40,000 nt of DNA from Candidatus Altimarinota bacterium (GTDB lineage: Bacteria; Patescibacteriota; Gracilibacteria; CAIRYL01; GCA-016699755), in the NCBI GenBank assembly GCA_025210675.1, contig JAOARU010000005.1, positions 1 through 40,000 of the forward strand, in the 5' to 3' direction. Of the stretch, positions 19,268 through 28,147 are shown in pieces (positions within the stretch are counted from its first letter, which is position 1; every line of letters starts with the position of its first letter). The position numbers were made by a program, and so were the translations under genes. Below the pieces are notes generated by a model that worked only from the letters and a program-made list of their open reading frames with translations, searched no databases and was not told the origin of the DNA.

Positions 19268-19929
19268 CCTTAACAATATCACTTAAATTTAGATTAAAAA
19301 TTAACACTAAAACACTTTAAATGAAAGAATAAAAATCATTTTTTTGAATAAATTTTGTATACATAATCTAAAAAAATTTTATAATTATATAACAATTAGA
19401 TTAAATTTTTATTTTTTAGGTTTTTTATTTTTGAATAAAAATTTTGATTTAGTATAAAATTTTTGAACATTTTTTAATCTTTTTAAATAAATACATATCT
19501 CATTTTTAATTACACATTTTTTATATAATCATTATCGAACAAAAAAATTATTCACTTAATTTACAATAAAAATAAAAACAATCCGTAAAAAGCCAAATTT
19601 TAATACAAAAAACCATATTTTTCACAAAAATCAACATTTATAAAAAAGTTTTAATATAAAGCTTTTTTAATATTTTAATTTAACAAGTAAACAAAAAAAT
19701 ATAACTTTTTTTAATAAAATTTTTTAAGCAAAAAAGCCCTAAATTAAAACAAAAAACCTGATCAAAAAATGTGAACAAATGGCTTAAATAAGCCCATAAA
19801 ACCAAAAAAAGGCTTGCAGTTATTATTTTTATATGCAAAAATCTTCTTGAAACTTTTTATGCCACCCATTTTGCAAGGTGCATAAATAAGCCGCTAAATA
19901 GTGTATAAAAATTTTGTTCAAATAAAATA

Positions 19930-21156
19930 ATGGCTAGAGAAAAAATAATTGCCGGCATTGATATTGGTGCTTCCAAAATTAGAACAGTTATTGGAATTTT
20001 GGATCCAGAAAAAAAAGAGCCTCATATAATAGGTGCGGGGGTATCACCTTCTCTTGGACTCAGGAAAGGTGCCGTAGTTGATATTGATGAGGTTATTGCC
20101 AACATCTCAGCATCACTTGAAGATGCAGAAAGAATAAGCGGCATTCCTGTGCATCATGTTTTTGTAGGAATTGGCGGCCCTCACATAGAAGCTACTGACT
20201 CAAGAGGTGTTATAGCTATTGGTGGCAAAGAAATCAGCGAAGACGACCTAAATCGTGTTCTTGAAGCTGCTGAAGCAGTATCAATGCCTCAAAATAGACG
20301 TATTTTAAGAATTATCCCAAAAAGCTTTTCTGTTGATGAACAAAAAGGCATTCGCTCACCTATTGGTATGAGCGCTATTCGCCTTGAGGTTGATGCTCAC
20401 ATCATCACAGGACAATCTCAAATTGTAGACAATATAGAACGTTGTGTGCATCAAGCAGGCGTTGACATTGACGACTTTGTTCCATCATCACTTGCAGCAG
20501 CTGAAGCAGTATTATCAAGAAGACAAAAAGAACTTGGTGTAGTATCTATAAATATAGGAGCTGACTCAACATCTGTTGTTATATATGAAGATGGGGCTAT
20601 TTTGTACTCAGCAACTATCCCAGTAGGTGGATCTAGTGTTACAAATGATATCGCTATTGGACTAAGAAGCTCTATTGATACAGCTGAAAAAATCAAAATC
20701 GAACACGGAACTTGCCTCCCTGAAGAAATCTCAGAAAGAGAGACAATTGATCTAGCATTATTATCTAAAATTGATAAACAAAAAGTGTCTAAAAAACACC
20801 TAGCTGAAATAATCCAAGCCAGATATCATGAAATTTTTATCATGATAAAAGACGAACTCAGAAACATATCAAGAGACGGAATGCTTCCTGCAGGAGCTAT
20901 TCTTTCAGGAGCAGGAGTCAAGACATCTGGTGTTTCAGAGCTTGCTCGTGAAGTACTTGGACTTCCTGTACAAATCGGATTTCCTCAAGAAATATCAGGA
21001 GTAGTCGACAGAATTGACGATCCATCATATTCAACTGCTGTTGGATTAGTGCTTTGGGGCTCAAGATTTGAAGGAAAATCATACTCACTCTCATTTGCCA
21101 ACTTCAACAAGGCGTTTTCGTCTGTTGGCTCATTTTTCAAAAAATTACTACCTTAA
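19930..21156 (+). CDS. ftsA: Cell division protein FtsA
   Basis: IIAGIDIGASKIRTVIG, actin-like ATPase motifs, and a C-terminal amphipathic tail FSSVGSFFKKLLP. Confidence 0.95.
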   Translation: MAREKIIAGIDIGASKIRTVIGILDPEKKEPHIIGAGVSPSLGLRKGAVVDIDEVIANISASLEDAERISGIPVHHVFVGIGGPHIEATDSRGVIAIGGKEISEDDLNRVLEAAEAVSMPQNRRILRIIPKSFSVDEQKGIRSPIGMSAIRLEVDAHIITGQSQIVDNIERCVHQAGVDIDDFVPSSLAAAEAVLSRRQKELGVVSINIGADSTSVVIYEDGAILYSATIPVGGSSVTNDIAIGLRSSIDTAEKIKIEHGTCLPEEISERETIDLALLSKIDKQKVSKKHLAEIIQARYHEIFIMIKDELRNISRDGMLPAGAILSGAGVKTSGVSELAREVLGLPVQIGFPQEISGVVDRIDDPSYSTAVGLVLWGSRFEGKSYSLSFANFNKAFSSVGSFFKKLLP

Positions 21157-21171
21157 CTTTTTTCTAGTAAA

Positions 21172-22326
21172 ATGTCAGACTCAAATTTGAAAACTCTCTT
21201 CGCAGGCGGAAAAAGACCCTCTCAAAGCTCAGGCGAAGTTAACCCAGATATCTCACCTGCTGCCGTAATCCGTGTAGTTGGAGTAGGAGGATCAGGCGGA
21301 AACGCTGTAAACCGCATGATTGATGCAGGTATTGAAGGTGTTGAATTTATCACTATTAATACTGATGCCCAAGCACTTTGGCACTCAAGAGCTCCTCAAA
21401 AAATCAATATAGGCAAAGGTACAACAAGAGGTCTTGGAGCTGGTGCAAACCCAGAAGTAGGTAAAAAATCAGCTGAAGAATCTTCAGAAGAAATTAGAAA
21501 TGCACTTGAAGGTGCTGATATGGTATTTATCACTTGCGGACTTGGAGGCGGAACAGGTACAGGAGGAGGTCCTGTTGTAGCTGAAATTGCTCGTGAACTT
21601 GGAATTTTAACAATTGGTGTTGTTACAAGACCATTTTCATTTGAAGGTGCAAAAAGAAGACAACAAGCAACAGATGGATTTGCAGCACTAAAAGACAAGG
21701 TAGACACCCTGATCACCATTCCAAACGACAAGATTCTTTCAATTATCGACAAAAAAACACCTCTAACAGAAGCATTTAGCGTAGTTGATGATGTATTAAG
21801 ACAAGGTGTTCAAGGCATATCAGAAGTTATCACTACTCACGGTCTTATAAATGTAGACTTTGCAGATGTAAAAACAATCATGCAAGACGCAGGATCTGCA
21901 CTCATGGGAATCGGATTTGGTAGCGGTGAAAATAGAGCTACAGAAGCTGCCAGAGCTGCTGTTGACTCACCACTTCTTGAAATGTCACTTGATGGGGCAA
22001 AAGGTATCCTATTTAACATTACAGGTGGCAACGACATGTCAATGTTTGAAGTTGATGAAGCTGCAAGAATCATCACTGAAGCTGCAGACCCAGAAGCAAA
22101 TATTATCTTTGGTGCTGTTGTTAATGATTCATTTACAGGAGAAATCAAAGTTACAGTTATTGCTACTGGATTTGAAGGAAAAACCGACGAAAAACCACAA
22201 ACATCACAAGCAGGTAGAATCGATGGACTTAGAGCATTAAGCAATTCAAATAGAAATAGAATCCAACCAAAAGCAGAAGAAGACCTAGAAGTTCCAGCAT
22301 TTATGAGAAAGACACTCAAAAAATAG
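21172..22326 (+). CDS. ftsZ: Cell division GTPase FtsZ
   Basis: [17 protein letters not shown], the tubulin signature [17 protein letters not shown], and the C-terminal peptide [10 protein letters not shown]. Confidence 0.97.
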   Translation: MSDSNLKTLFAGGKRPSQSSGEVNPDISPAAVIRVVGVGGSGGNAVNRMIDAGIEGVEFITINTDAQALWHSRAPQKINIGKGTTRGLGAGANPEVGKKSAEESSEEIRNALEGADMVFITCGLGGGTGTGGGPVVAEIARELGILTIGVVTRPFSFEGAKRRQQATDGFAALKDKVDTLITIPNDKILSIIDKKTPLTEAFSVVDDVLRQGVQGISEVITTHGLINVDFADVKTIMQDAGSALMGIGFGSGENRATEAARAAVDSPLLEMSLDGAKGILFNITGGNDMSMFEVDEAARIITEAADPEANIIFGAVVNDSFTGEIKVTVIATGFEGKTDEKPQTSQAGRIDGLRALSNSNRNRIQPKAEEDLEVPAFMRKTLKK

Positions 22327-22351
22327 TAAGTAGTTTTAATTTAAAAACAAC

Positions 22352-22382
22352 AAAAACCACCCTTAAAAAGAGTGGTTTTTTT
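22352..22382 (+). terminator. Intrinsic terminator after ftsZ
   Basis: In aaaaaccac-ccttaaaaaga-gtggttttttt, a 9-bp stem is followed by a T run. Confidence 0.65.
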
Positions 22383-22709
22383 ACAAGCAAAATTTCAGAA
22401 GAAGCGAACCTCATCAAAACAACCTAAACTCCTACATAAAATAGACAGGATCTGCTAGCCTAACACTCCCCTATGTACAGAATTTAGGCTTACTCATCTA
22501 TACTCCACTTCCTTAATAACGAACACTCCTTGCAGAATCAAGAGAGAACATAGCAATTAAAAATACCCCTCCTCAGACAAAGAATCTCCGCCCAAAACAT
22601 CTCCTTGAGTATTTTATGAAGCACCAAAGAGTTAAAATCATAACAATTAATAACGCAAAGCTTTCCGTTATTTTTACCTGATTTCACCCTGCATAACTAT
22701 TCTACGGAT

Positions 22710-22826
22710 CTATTTTAGTGACGAAGAGATCAAAGCTCCATCCTCTAAATCAAAAAACAAGCGATCGCCGTCCTCAAACCTCAAAAAAAATTCAAATAAA
22801 TCAAGAATAAGATCAACCACGTGCAT
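22710..22826 (-). CDS. Candidate small ORF (38 aa, MHVVDLILDLFEFFLRFEDGDRLFFDLEDGALISSSLK) with a perfect SD
   Basis: Hand-translated. GGAGG (complement of 22836-22840) lies 9 nt upstream of the ATG at 22826. It is below the ORF-track length cutoff, has no homology known to me, and sits in an otherwise ORF-free region. Confidence 0.25.
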   Translation of the reverse strand: MHVVDLILDLFEFFLRFEDGDRLFFDLEDGALISSSLK

Positions 22827-22920
22827 AATCCAACCCCTCCTTTTTTTCAAAACAATAACAGCCAGCAAATTTTTATGGCTAAAATTCTAAGTGGTGCTAT
22901 TTCTATATATTTTTTACAAA

Positions 22921-22951
22921 AAAAGCCTCTAAATAATTAGAAGCTTTTTTT
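22921..22951. terminator. Bidirectional hairpin terminator downstream of ilvC
   Basis: aaaaagcctct-aaataatt-agaagcttttttt has one G:U pair on the minus-strand RNA. There is an A run on one side and a T run on the other. Confidence 0.6.
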
Positions 22952-22961
22952 GATCCAATGT

Positions 22962-23948
22962 TTATTTTTCAAATAAATCTCTGATATTTTTACCTACTTT
23001 CTCAATTTGATGCTCTTTTTCAGCCTTTCTGTATTCCATTAACCTCTTCATGTTATTTTTTCTGGCGTCTTTCATCCACTCTTCAGCAAATTTACCATTT
23101 TCAATATCTTTCAAAACCTCTTTCATGCGCTCTTTTACCTCAGGCCCCACAACACGAGACCCACTTACATATCCACCAAACTCAGCAGTATTTGAAACCA
23201 CCTCATTCATACGTGAAAATCCACCCTCATACACAAGATCAACAATCAACTTCATCTCATGCAAACACTCAAAATAAGCAAATTCAGCTGGATAACCAGC
23301 TTCCACAAGTGTCTCAAAGCCATATTTGATCAATTGTGCCAACCCTCCACAAAGCACCGCTTGCTCACCAAATAAGTCCTCATAAGTCTCTTCTGCAAAG
23401 GTACAAATCATCACACCTGCTTTTGTGAAATACATCGCCTTGCTCATTTCAAGAGCTTTGCTCATTGCCTCTCCTGAAACATCTTGATGAATAGCAACCA
23501 AAGCAGGCACACCAAAACCCTCTTTATATCTCTTGTACTCTTCTGTACCTGGACATTTTGGAGCTACCATTATTACATCTACACCTTCTTTTGGCTGAAT
23601 TCTTTTATAAATAATGTTAAAACCATGTGAAAAGCTAAGTGTTGCATCATCTTTCATATTTGGCTCGATTTGTTTCTCATAAACATCTTGTTGATGTTCA
23701 TCTGGAATCAAAATATGGATAATATCAGCCTGCTTTGATGCTTCCTCAATTGTGGCTACTTTTAAGCCATCTTCTTGAACTTGCTTGTATGAAGGTCCAT
23801 TTTCTCTGACACCCACTACTACATCAAGCCTTGATTCATGCATCATTCTAGCTTGCGCTCTACCTTGTGCACCATAGCCAATTACAGCGATTTTCTTATT
23901 ATCCAAAATATTGGTTTTGACATCATTGTCGTGAATTATGTTTGACAT
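22962..23948 (-). CDS. ilvC: Ketol-acid reductoisomerase (start at MSNIIHD)
   Basis: IAVIGYGAQGRAQARMM is the NADPH-binding site, and the remaining matches to KARI class I are LIPDEHQ and FSHGFNI. Confidence 0.95.
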   Translation of the reverse strand: MSNIIHDNDVKTNILDNKKIAVIGYGAQGRAQARMMHESRLDVVVGVRENGPSYKQVQEDGLKVATIEEASKQADIIHILIPDEHQQDVYEKQIEPNMKDDATLSFSHGFNIIYKRIQPKEGVDVIMVAPKCPGTEEYKRYKEGFGVPALVAIHQDVSGEAMSKALEMSKAMYFTKAGVMICTFAEETYEDLFGEQAVLCGGLAQLIKYGFETLVEAGYPAEFAYFECLHEMKLIVDLVYEGGFSRMNEVVSNTAEFGGYVSGSRVVGPEVKERMKEVLKDIENGKFAEEWMKDARKNNMKRLMEYRKAEKEHQIEKVGKNIRDLFEK

Positions 23949-24003
23949 TTTATTAAATAAAAACTCTAATAGAAATTTTCGCATAAATTACGCATTTACG
24001 CAA

Positions 24004-24032
24004 TAAAAAAGCGAGACTGCACACATCTCGCT
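24004..24032 (-). terminator. Intrinsic terminator after the RRM gene
   Basis: On the minus-strand RNA, agcgaga-tgtgtgcag-tctcgct is followed by ttttttatt. Confidence 0.6.
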
Positions 24033-24059
24033 ATTTTTACTTAATTTATTAGACGCTAA

Positions 24060-24326
24060 TTAAAAGCGATCTCTTCTTGGTTTTGGCGGGCGAGCCTCAT
24101 TAACTACAAGCTCACGAGATTTTAGCTCTTTACCATTTAGGGCCTCAATTGCCTTATCAGCATCATCAGCATTTGTAAATGTTACAAAGCCAAATCCCTT
24201 AGATCTGCCCATATGGTCTTGAAGAATTACTAAATCTTCAATATCACCAAATGGTGAAAAAGCTTGACGTAAATCGTCTTCAGAGGCATTCCAATCAATG
24301 TTGCCCACAAAAAGTTTTTTTGACAT
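24060..24326 (-). CDS. RRM-type RNA-binding protein (88 aa)
   Basis: RNP2 is LFVGNI and RNP1 is KGFGFVTF. The C-terminal tail is basic (PPKPRRDRF). Confidence 0.9.
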   Translation of the reverse strand: MSKKLFVGNIDWNASEDDLRQAFSPFGDIEDLVILQDHMGRSKGFGFVTFTNADDADKAIEALNGKELKSRELVVNEARPPKPRRDRF

Positions 24327-24336
24327 AACTATCCTT

Positions 24337-24369
24337 AAAAAAATAAATACGCAAACCTCGTATTTATTT
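24337..24369 (-). terminator. AU-rich 11-bp hairpin plus U run, located between the NUDIX gene and the RRM start codon (terminator or attenuator)
   Basis: On the minus-strand RNA, aaataaatacg-aggtttg-cgtatttattt+tttt is followed directly by aaggatagttATG of the RRM gene. Confidence 0.55.
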
Positions 24370-24460
24370 TAATGTATTCATAGATCAACTGTGCACCTTC
24401 TACCCTACTCTTACAATAAAACAATGAAGTTTACGTAGCTTATTTTACATAAATTTTAAT

Positions 24461-24877
24461 TCAAAGTAAATCAATAATACTCAAGAAAAATTCTTTATCT
24501 TTTTTATGAGTTAACAAGTCTGCCACTTGAGTTTTATCAATCCATATAGCCTCTGGGTGATGTTCGTCTATTGGATTTAAATCAAGCTGCTCAGTTTCAA
24601 ACTGAAAAAAAATAATTTCTTTTAATTCACTTGTATCATCAGCATTGCCATTTATACCTATTCTATATCTCTTGTATGATCCAAGTCTCTTAATTAAACG
24701 CAATTGCTCAACGCCCGTCTCCTCATAAACCTCACGAACAGCAGCCTCAAGCTCAGTTTCACCAGGCTCTACATGCCCCTTTGGGAGCGACCAGGAATCA
24801 CCATGTTGAGATACCATCAAGATCATGCCTGATGGATTCAAAACTACTCCGCCTGCACTTTGTGTCTCCTGTGTCAT
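24461..24877 (-). CDS. NUDIX hydrolase (start at MTQETQ; an alternative upstream start at 24898 would overlap ilvN)
   Basis: The Nudix box is GHVEPGETELEAAVREVYEETGV. Confidence 0.8.
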   Translation of the reverse strand: MTQETQSAGGVVLNPSGMILMVSQHGDSWSLPKGHVEPGETELEAAVREVYEETGVEQLRLIKRLGSYKRYRIGINGNADDTSELKEIIFFQFETEQLDLNPIDEHHPEAIWIDKTQVADLLTHKKDKEFFLSIIDLL

Positions 24878-24878
24878 C

Positions 24879-25355
24879 TTAATCCTCTTTAACAGCAATT
24901 AAACTACTTCTTATAAATTCCTTAACACCATAACCCCTTACAAGATCATGAAATTGATCTATGCGTCTTGGAGTACCCGTAATCTCTATGACAACACTTT
25001 TATCACCTACACTTATAATTTTGCCTTCAAATAATTTAGCCGCATCAAAAATAGGCGCTTTTGTCTTTTCTGAACAATGAAGCCTAATCAAAGCCATCTC
25101 TCTCATTACAGAGTTAGATTCAAGCTCTTTTACACTAATCACTTCTATGATTTTTGAGAGTTGTTTCTTAGCCTGCTCGGCATTGAATTCTTCATCACCT
25201 GAAAATGCAACAGTCACATGAGATATGCCTTTCTCGTTGGTATAACCTGCTGTCATACCCTCAATGTTAAACATTCTTCTTCTTAGGAGATTTGTAATTT
25301 TACCAAGTACACCATGACTATTTTTTGCTTTTATAATTAATACGTGTGATTTCAT
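24879..25355 (-). CDS. ilvN: Acetolactate synthase small (regulatory) subunit
   Basis: The N-terminus is ACT-domain-like (HVLIIKAKNSHGVLGKITNLLRRRMFNIEGMTAG). Size and position directly after ilvB also fit. Confidence 0.9.
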   Translation of the reverse strand: MKSHVLIIKAKNSHGVLGKITNLLRRRMFNIEGMTAGYTNEKGISHVTVAFSGDEEFNAEQAKKQLSKIIEVISVKELESNSVMREMALIRLHCSEKTKAPIFDAAKLFEGKIISVGDKSVVIEITGTPRRIDQFHDLVRGYGVKEFIRSSLIAVKED

Positions 25356-25368
25356 GATTTTAATTAAA

Positions 25369-27039
25369 TTAATTAAGCCTTGTCTCGCTTAAACTTGCCC
25401 CAGGAGACACCATTGGAAAGACATTTTCCTCTCTTTCAACCTTGACCTCAAGTAAATAAGGCCCCTTATGATCAAGTGCTTTTTGAAACTTACTCTCAAC
25501 CTCCTGAAGCGTCAAAGCTCGATCAGACTCAACGCCACAAGCTTTAGCAACCGCAGGTATATCAGGTGAAATAAGATCAGTAAATGAATAATTTTTCTTA
25601 TAAAATAAATCCTGCCACTGCCTCACCATTCCAAGATAACCATTATTTAAAACAATGATTTTTAAATGAATATCATCTTGAACAAGAGTAGTAAGCTCCT
25701 GCATATTCATCTGAAAACCACCATCTCCACAAACAGAAAGAACTATATCATTTGGACGAGCAATTTTTGCACCCATTCCTGCTGGCATAGCATACCCCAT
25801 AGTTCCAAGACCACCAGATGAGAGATGGTTTTTTGGTGTTGCAAAATCATAATAATTTGCTGTCCACATTTGATTTTGACCTACATCAGCAGCTACGACC
25901 GCTTGACCTTTTGTCATCTCAGAAATTTTTCTAATCACATCACGAGCAGAAAGTGTGTCACTGTGCTTTATTTTTTCTATTTTTGCATTTTTTTCATCAT
26001 TCCAATTTTTAATTTGATTAATCCACTCTAAATGATCCTTGCCTTTTACACCTTCCATCAACCTAGGTAGGATAGATTTTACATCACCTACAATAGGCAC
26101 ATCTACTACCCTGTTTTTACCAATCTCAGCCCTATCTATATCTATATGAACAACTTTTGCATTTGGAGCAAAGTCATCTATACGACCCAAAATACGATCA
26201 TCAAATCTAAGCCCAACACCAATCACAAGATCACTATTGTGAACCGCAAGATTTGCACCAAGCTGCCCATGCATTCCAAGCATACCCAAATTCAACTCAT
26301 GAGATTTTGGCAATATGTCCATTGCTAATAAAGTCGACATAAATGGTGATTGAATTTTTGCAATAAAATCCTTGAATTCACCTTCTGCATCAGCCAAAGC
26401 TACACCATGCCCCGCCAAAACTACAGGACGCTCTGAATTCATAATTAATTCTTGAGCTTTTTTGATTTGAGCTAGATTACCATCTATAACAGGCCTATAA
26501 CCAGGAAGATCAACCTCTTCTGGATAATTCCACTCCTTCACTTCTTGATCAAAAATATTTTTTGGAAGATCAACAAGCACAGGGCCTTTGCGACCTGTTC
26601 CAGCAATATAAAAAGCTTCTTTAACAATTCTTGGTAAATCATTTGCATCAAAAACCTGATACACATGCTTAGTAAAAGGCATACAAGAACCAACCATATC
26701 AACCTCCTGAAAAGCATCAGTACCAATCAATGAAGCTGCCACCTGTCCTGTAAATGCCACCATTGGCACAGAATCAAGATGAGCATTAGCAATACCCGTA
26801 ATCATATTTGTCGCACCTGGACCCGAAGTAGACAAGCAAACTCCAGTTTTACCTGAAGTTCTAGCATATCCGTCAGCAGCCAAAGAAGCTCCCTGCTCAT
26901 GACGCACTAAAACATGACGTATAGCATCTTGCTTATTTAAGACATCATACAGGCTCAACACTGCTCCGCCAGGATAACCAAATATTACATCTACACCCTC
27001 TTTTTTAAGGCATTCTAAAAATATATTTACACCTTTCAT
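25369..27039 (-). CDS. ilvB: Acetolactate synthase large (catalytic) subunit
   Basis: GVDVIFGYPGGAVL, STSGPGATNMITGIANA, and the TPP-binding motif GDGGFQMNMQELTT...NNGYLGMVRQWQ. Confidence 0.95.
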   Translation of the reverse strand: MKGVNIFLECLKKEGVDVIFGYPGGAVLSLYDVLNKQDAIRHVLVRHEQGASLAADGYARTSGKTGVCLSTSGPGATNMITGIANAHLDSVPMVAFTGQVAASLIGTDAFQEVDMVGSCMPFTKHVYQVFDANDLPRIVKEAFYIAGTGRKGPVLVDLPKNIFDQEVKEWNYPEEVDLPGYRPVIDGNLAQIKKAQELIMNSERPVVLAGHGVALADAEGEFKDFIAKIQSPFMSTLLAMDILPKSHELNLGMLGMHGQLGANLAVHNSDLVIGVGLRFDDRILGRIDDFAPNAKVVHIDIDRAEIGKNRVVDVPIVGDVKSILPRLMEGVKGKDHLEWINQIKNWNDEKNAKIEKIKHSDTLSARDVIRKISEMTKGQAVVAADVGQNQMWTANYYDFATPKNHLSSGGLGTMGYAMPAGMGAKIARPNDIVLSVCGDGGFQMNMQELTTLVQDDIHLKIIVLNNGYLGMVRQWQDLFYKKNYSFTDLISPDIPAVAKACGVESDRALTLQEVESKFQKALDHKGPYLLEVKVEREENVFPMVSPGASLSETRLN

Positions 27040-27358
27040 TATACATTTTTCAAAAGTCTAAAATATTGTAGCACAAACTTTCAATAGTTCAATTCTTTCT
27101 TGCTTTTTTAAAAAAATATTTTATAAACATACACCATACTACTAGAACTAACCAATCTTATCACAGAAATCAAAAAGTTTTTTAAAAACAAGATACCAAG
27201 CTCATAAAAACAAATATACCCCATGAGCTCATAATTAATACAATACAAAATATATCTTGATATAAATTATCAAGTTTTTGAGTTGATCAAAAAAAACATA
27301 AATATTGTATCTTGTCATAAAAAATGATATAATACTTGGATAGAAAACAACTTAAAAG

Positions 27359-28147
27359 ATGCTCCAATACAAAATACCGCAGGACGTCCAAATAGAAGAC
27401 AGGATTACATCATTTCTGACAATGCGTCAGTTAATCATTTGTGCAGTTGGAGGAGGTATAGCGTATTTCTTTTATATCGCTTTATCTTCAGTATTTTATG
27501 CTGAAGTATGGTTCCCCCCTGTATTTCTTTTGTCAGCAATCACTATTGCTATTGCATTTGTTAAAATCAATGGAATCAGATTTACAAAATGGTCATTATT
27601 GCTTTTTGAATTTCTAACAGTACCTCGTAAAAGAGTCTGGGACAAGAGAGCAACTTGCGATATACTTTTTTCATATGTTGGATCTAGAGTTGGTTCACAA
27701 AACCAAAACAATAAAAAACAAAAAGAACAAGAAAGGCTTGAACCAAAAAAGAAACATCTAAGCTCACTTGAAGAACTCAGTATAAAACTAGACCAAAACC
27801 CATTTGAGCACATAGAACAAAAAAAAGACCACACAGATGAAACTAGCGATCACGACTTAACAGCAGCCATACTCCACAACAAAGAAGAAAAACAACGCCA
27901 AGAAGAACGCCTAACACAAAACATAGAACAAAGAAACTCAATGCCAACCGAACAAGCAATAGAAAAACAAGAAAAACCAAAACAAGAATCAAAAAGCATA
28001 GAAGAATTAATAAATGTAGCAATTCCAACATCACACAAAAGATCAACACCAGTAAGAGAAAAAAAGATAGACACAAATCAAACCCCAACAATACCAGATC
28101 ATCATAAAGATATTTTAAAAAACCTATCAGACGACAAAAATGAATGA
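27359..28147 (+). CDS. PrgI/VirB3-like small membrane protein with a long K/E/Q-rich low-complexity tail (262 aa)
   Basis: The N-terminus YKIPQDVQIEDRI..LTMRQLI is followed by two hydrophobic helices, as in PrgI/TcpE/VirB3-type T4SS proteins (recalled family pattern). The C-terminal roughly 150 aa are low complexity. Confidence 0.45.
   Translation: MLQYKIPQDVQIEDRITSFLTMRQLIICAVGGGIAYFFYIALSSVFYAEVWFPPVFLLSAITIAIAFVKINGIRFTKWSLLLFEFLTVPRKRVWDKRATCDILFSYVGSRVGSQNQNNKKQKEQERLEPKKKHLSSLEELSIKLDQNPFEHIEQKKDHTDETSDHDLTAAILHNKEEKQRQEERLTQNIEQRNSMPTEQAIEKQEKPKQESKSIEELINVAIPTSHKRSTPVREKKIDTNQTPTIPDHHKDILKNLSDDKNE

Noticed and set aside
21396-22319. Long antisense and alternative-frame ORFs inside ftsZ (118 aa, 160 aa, 107 aa). 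Similar ones occur inside pyrG, purF, ilvB, hisS, dnaA, priA, metG, ftsA and the 622-aa gene.
   Set aside because: They lie fully within strongly supported conserved genes and have low-complexity or implausible sequences. They are the expected by-product of stop-poor frames opposite real genes.
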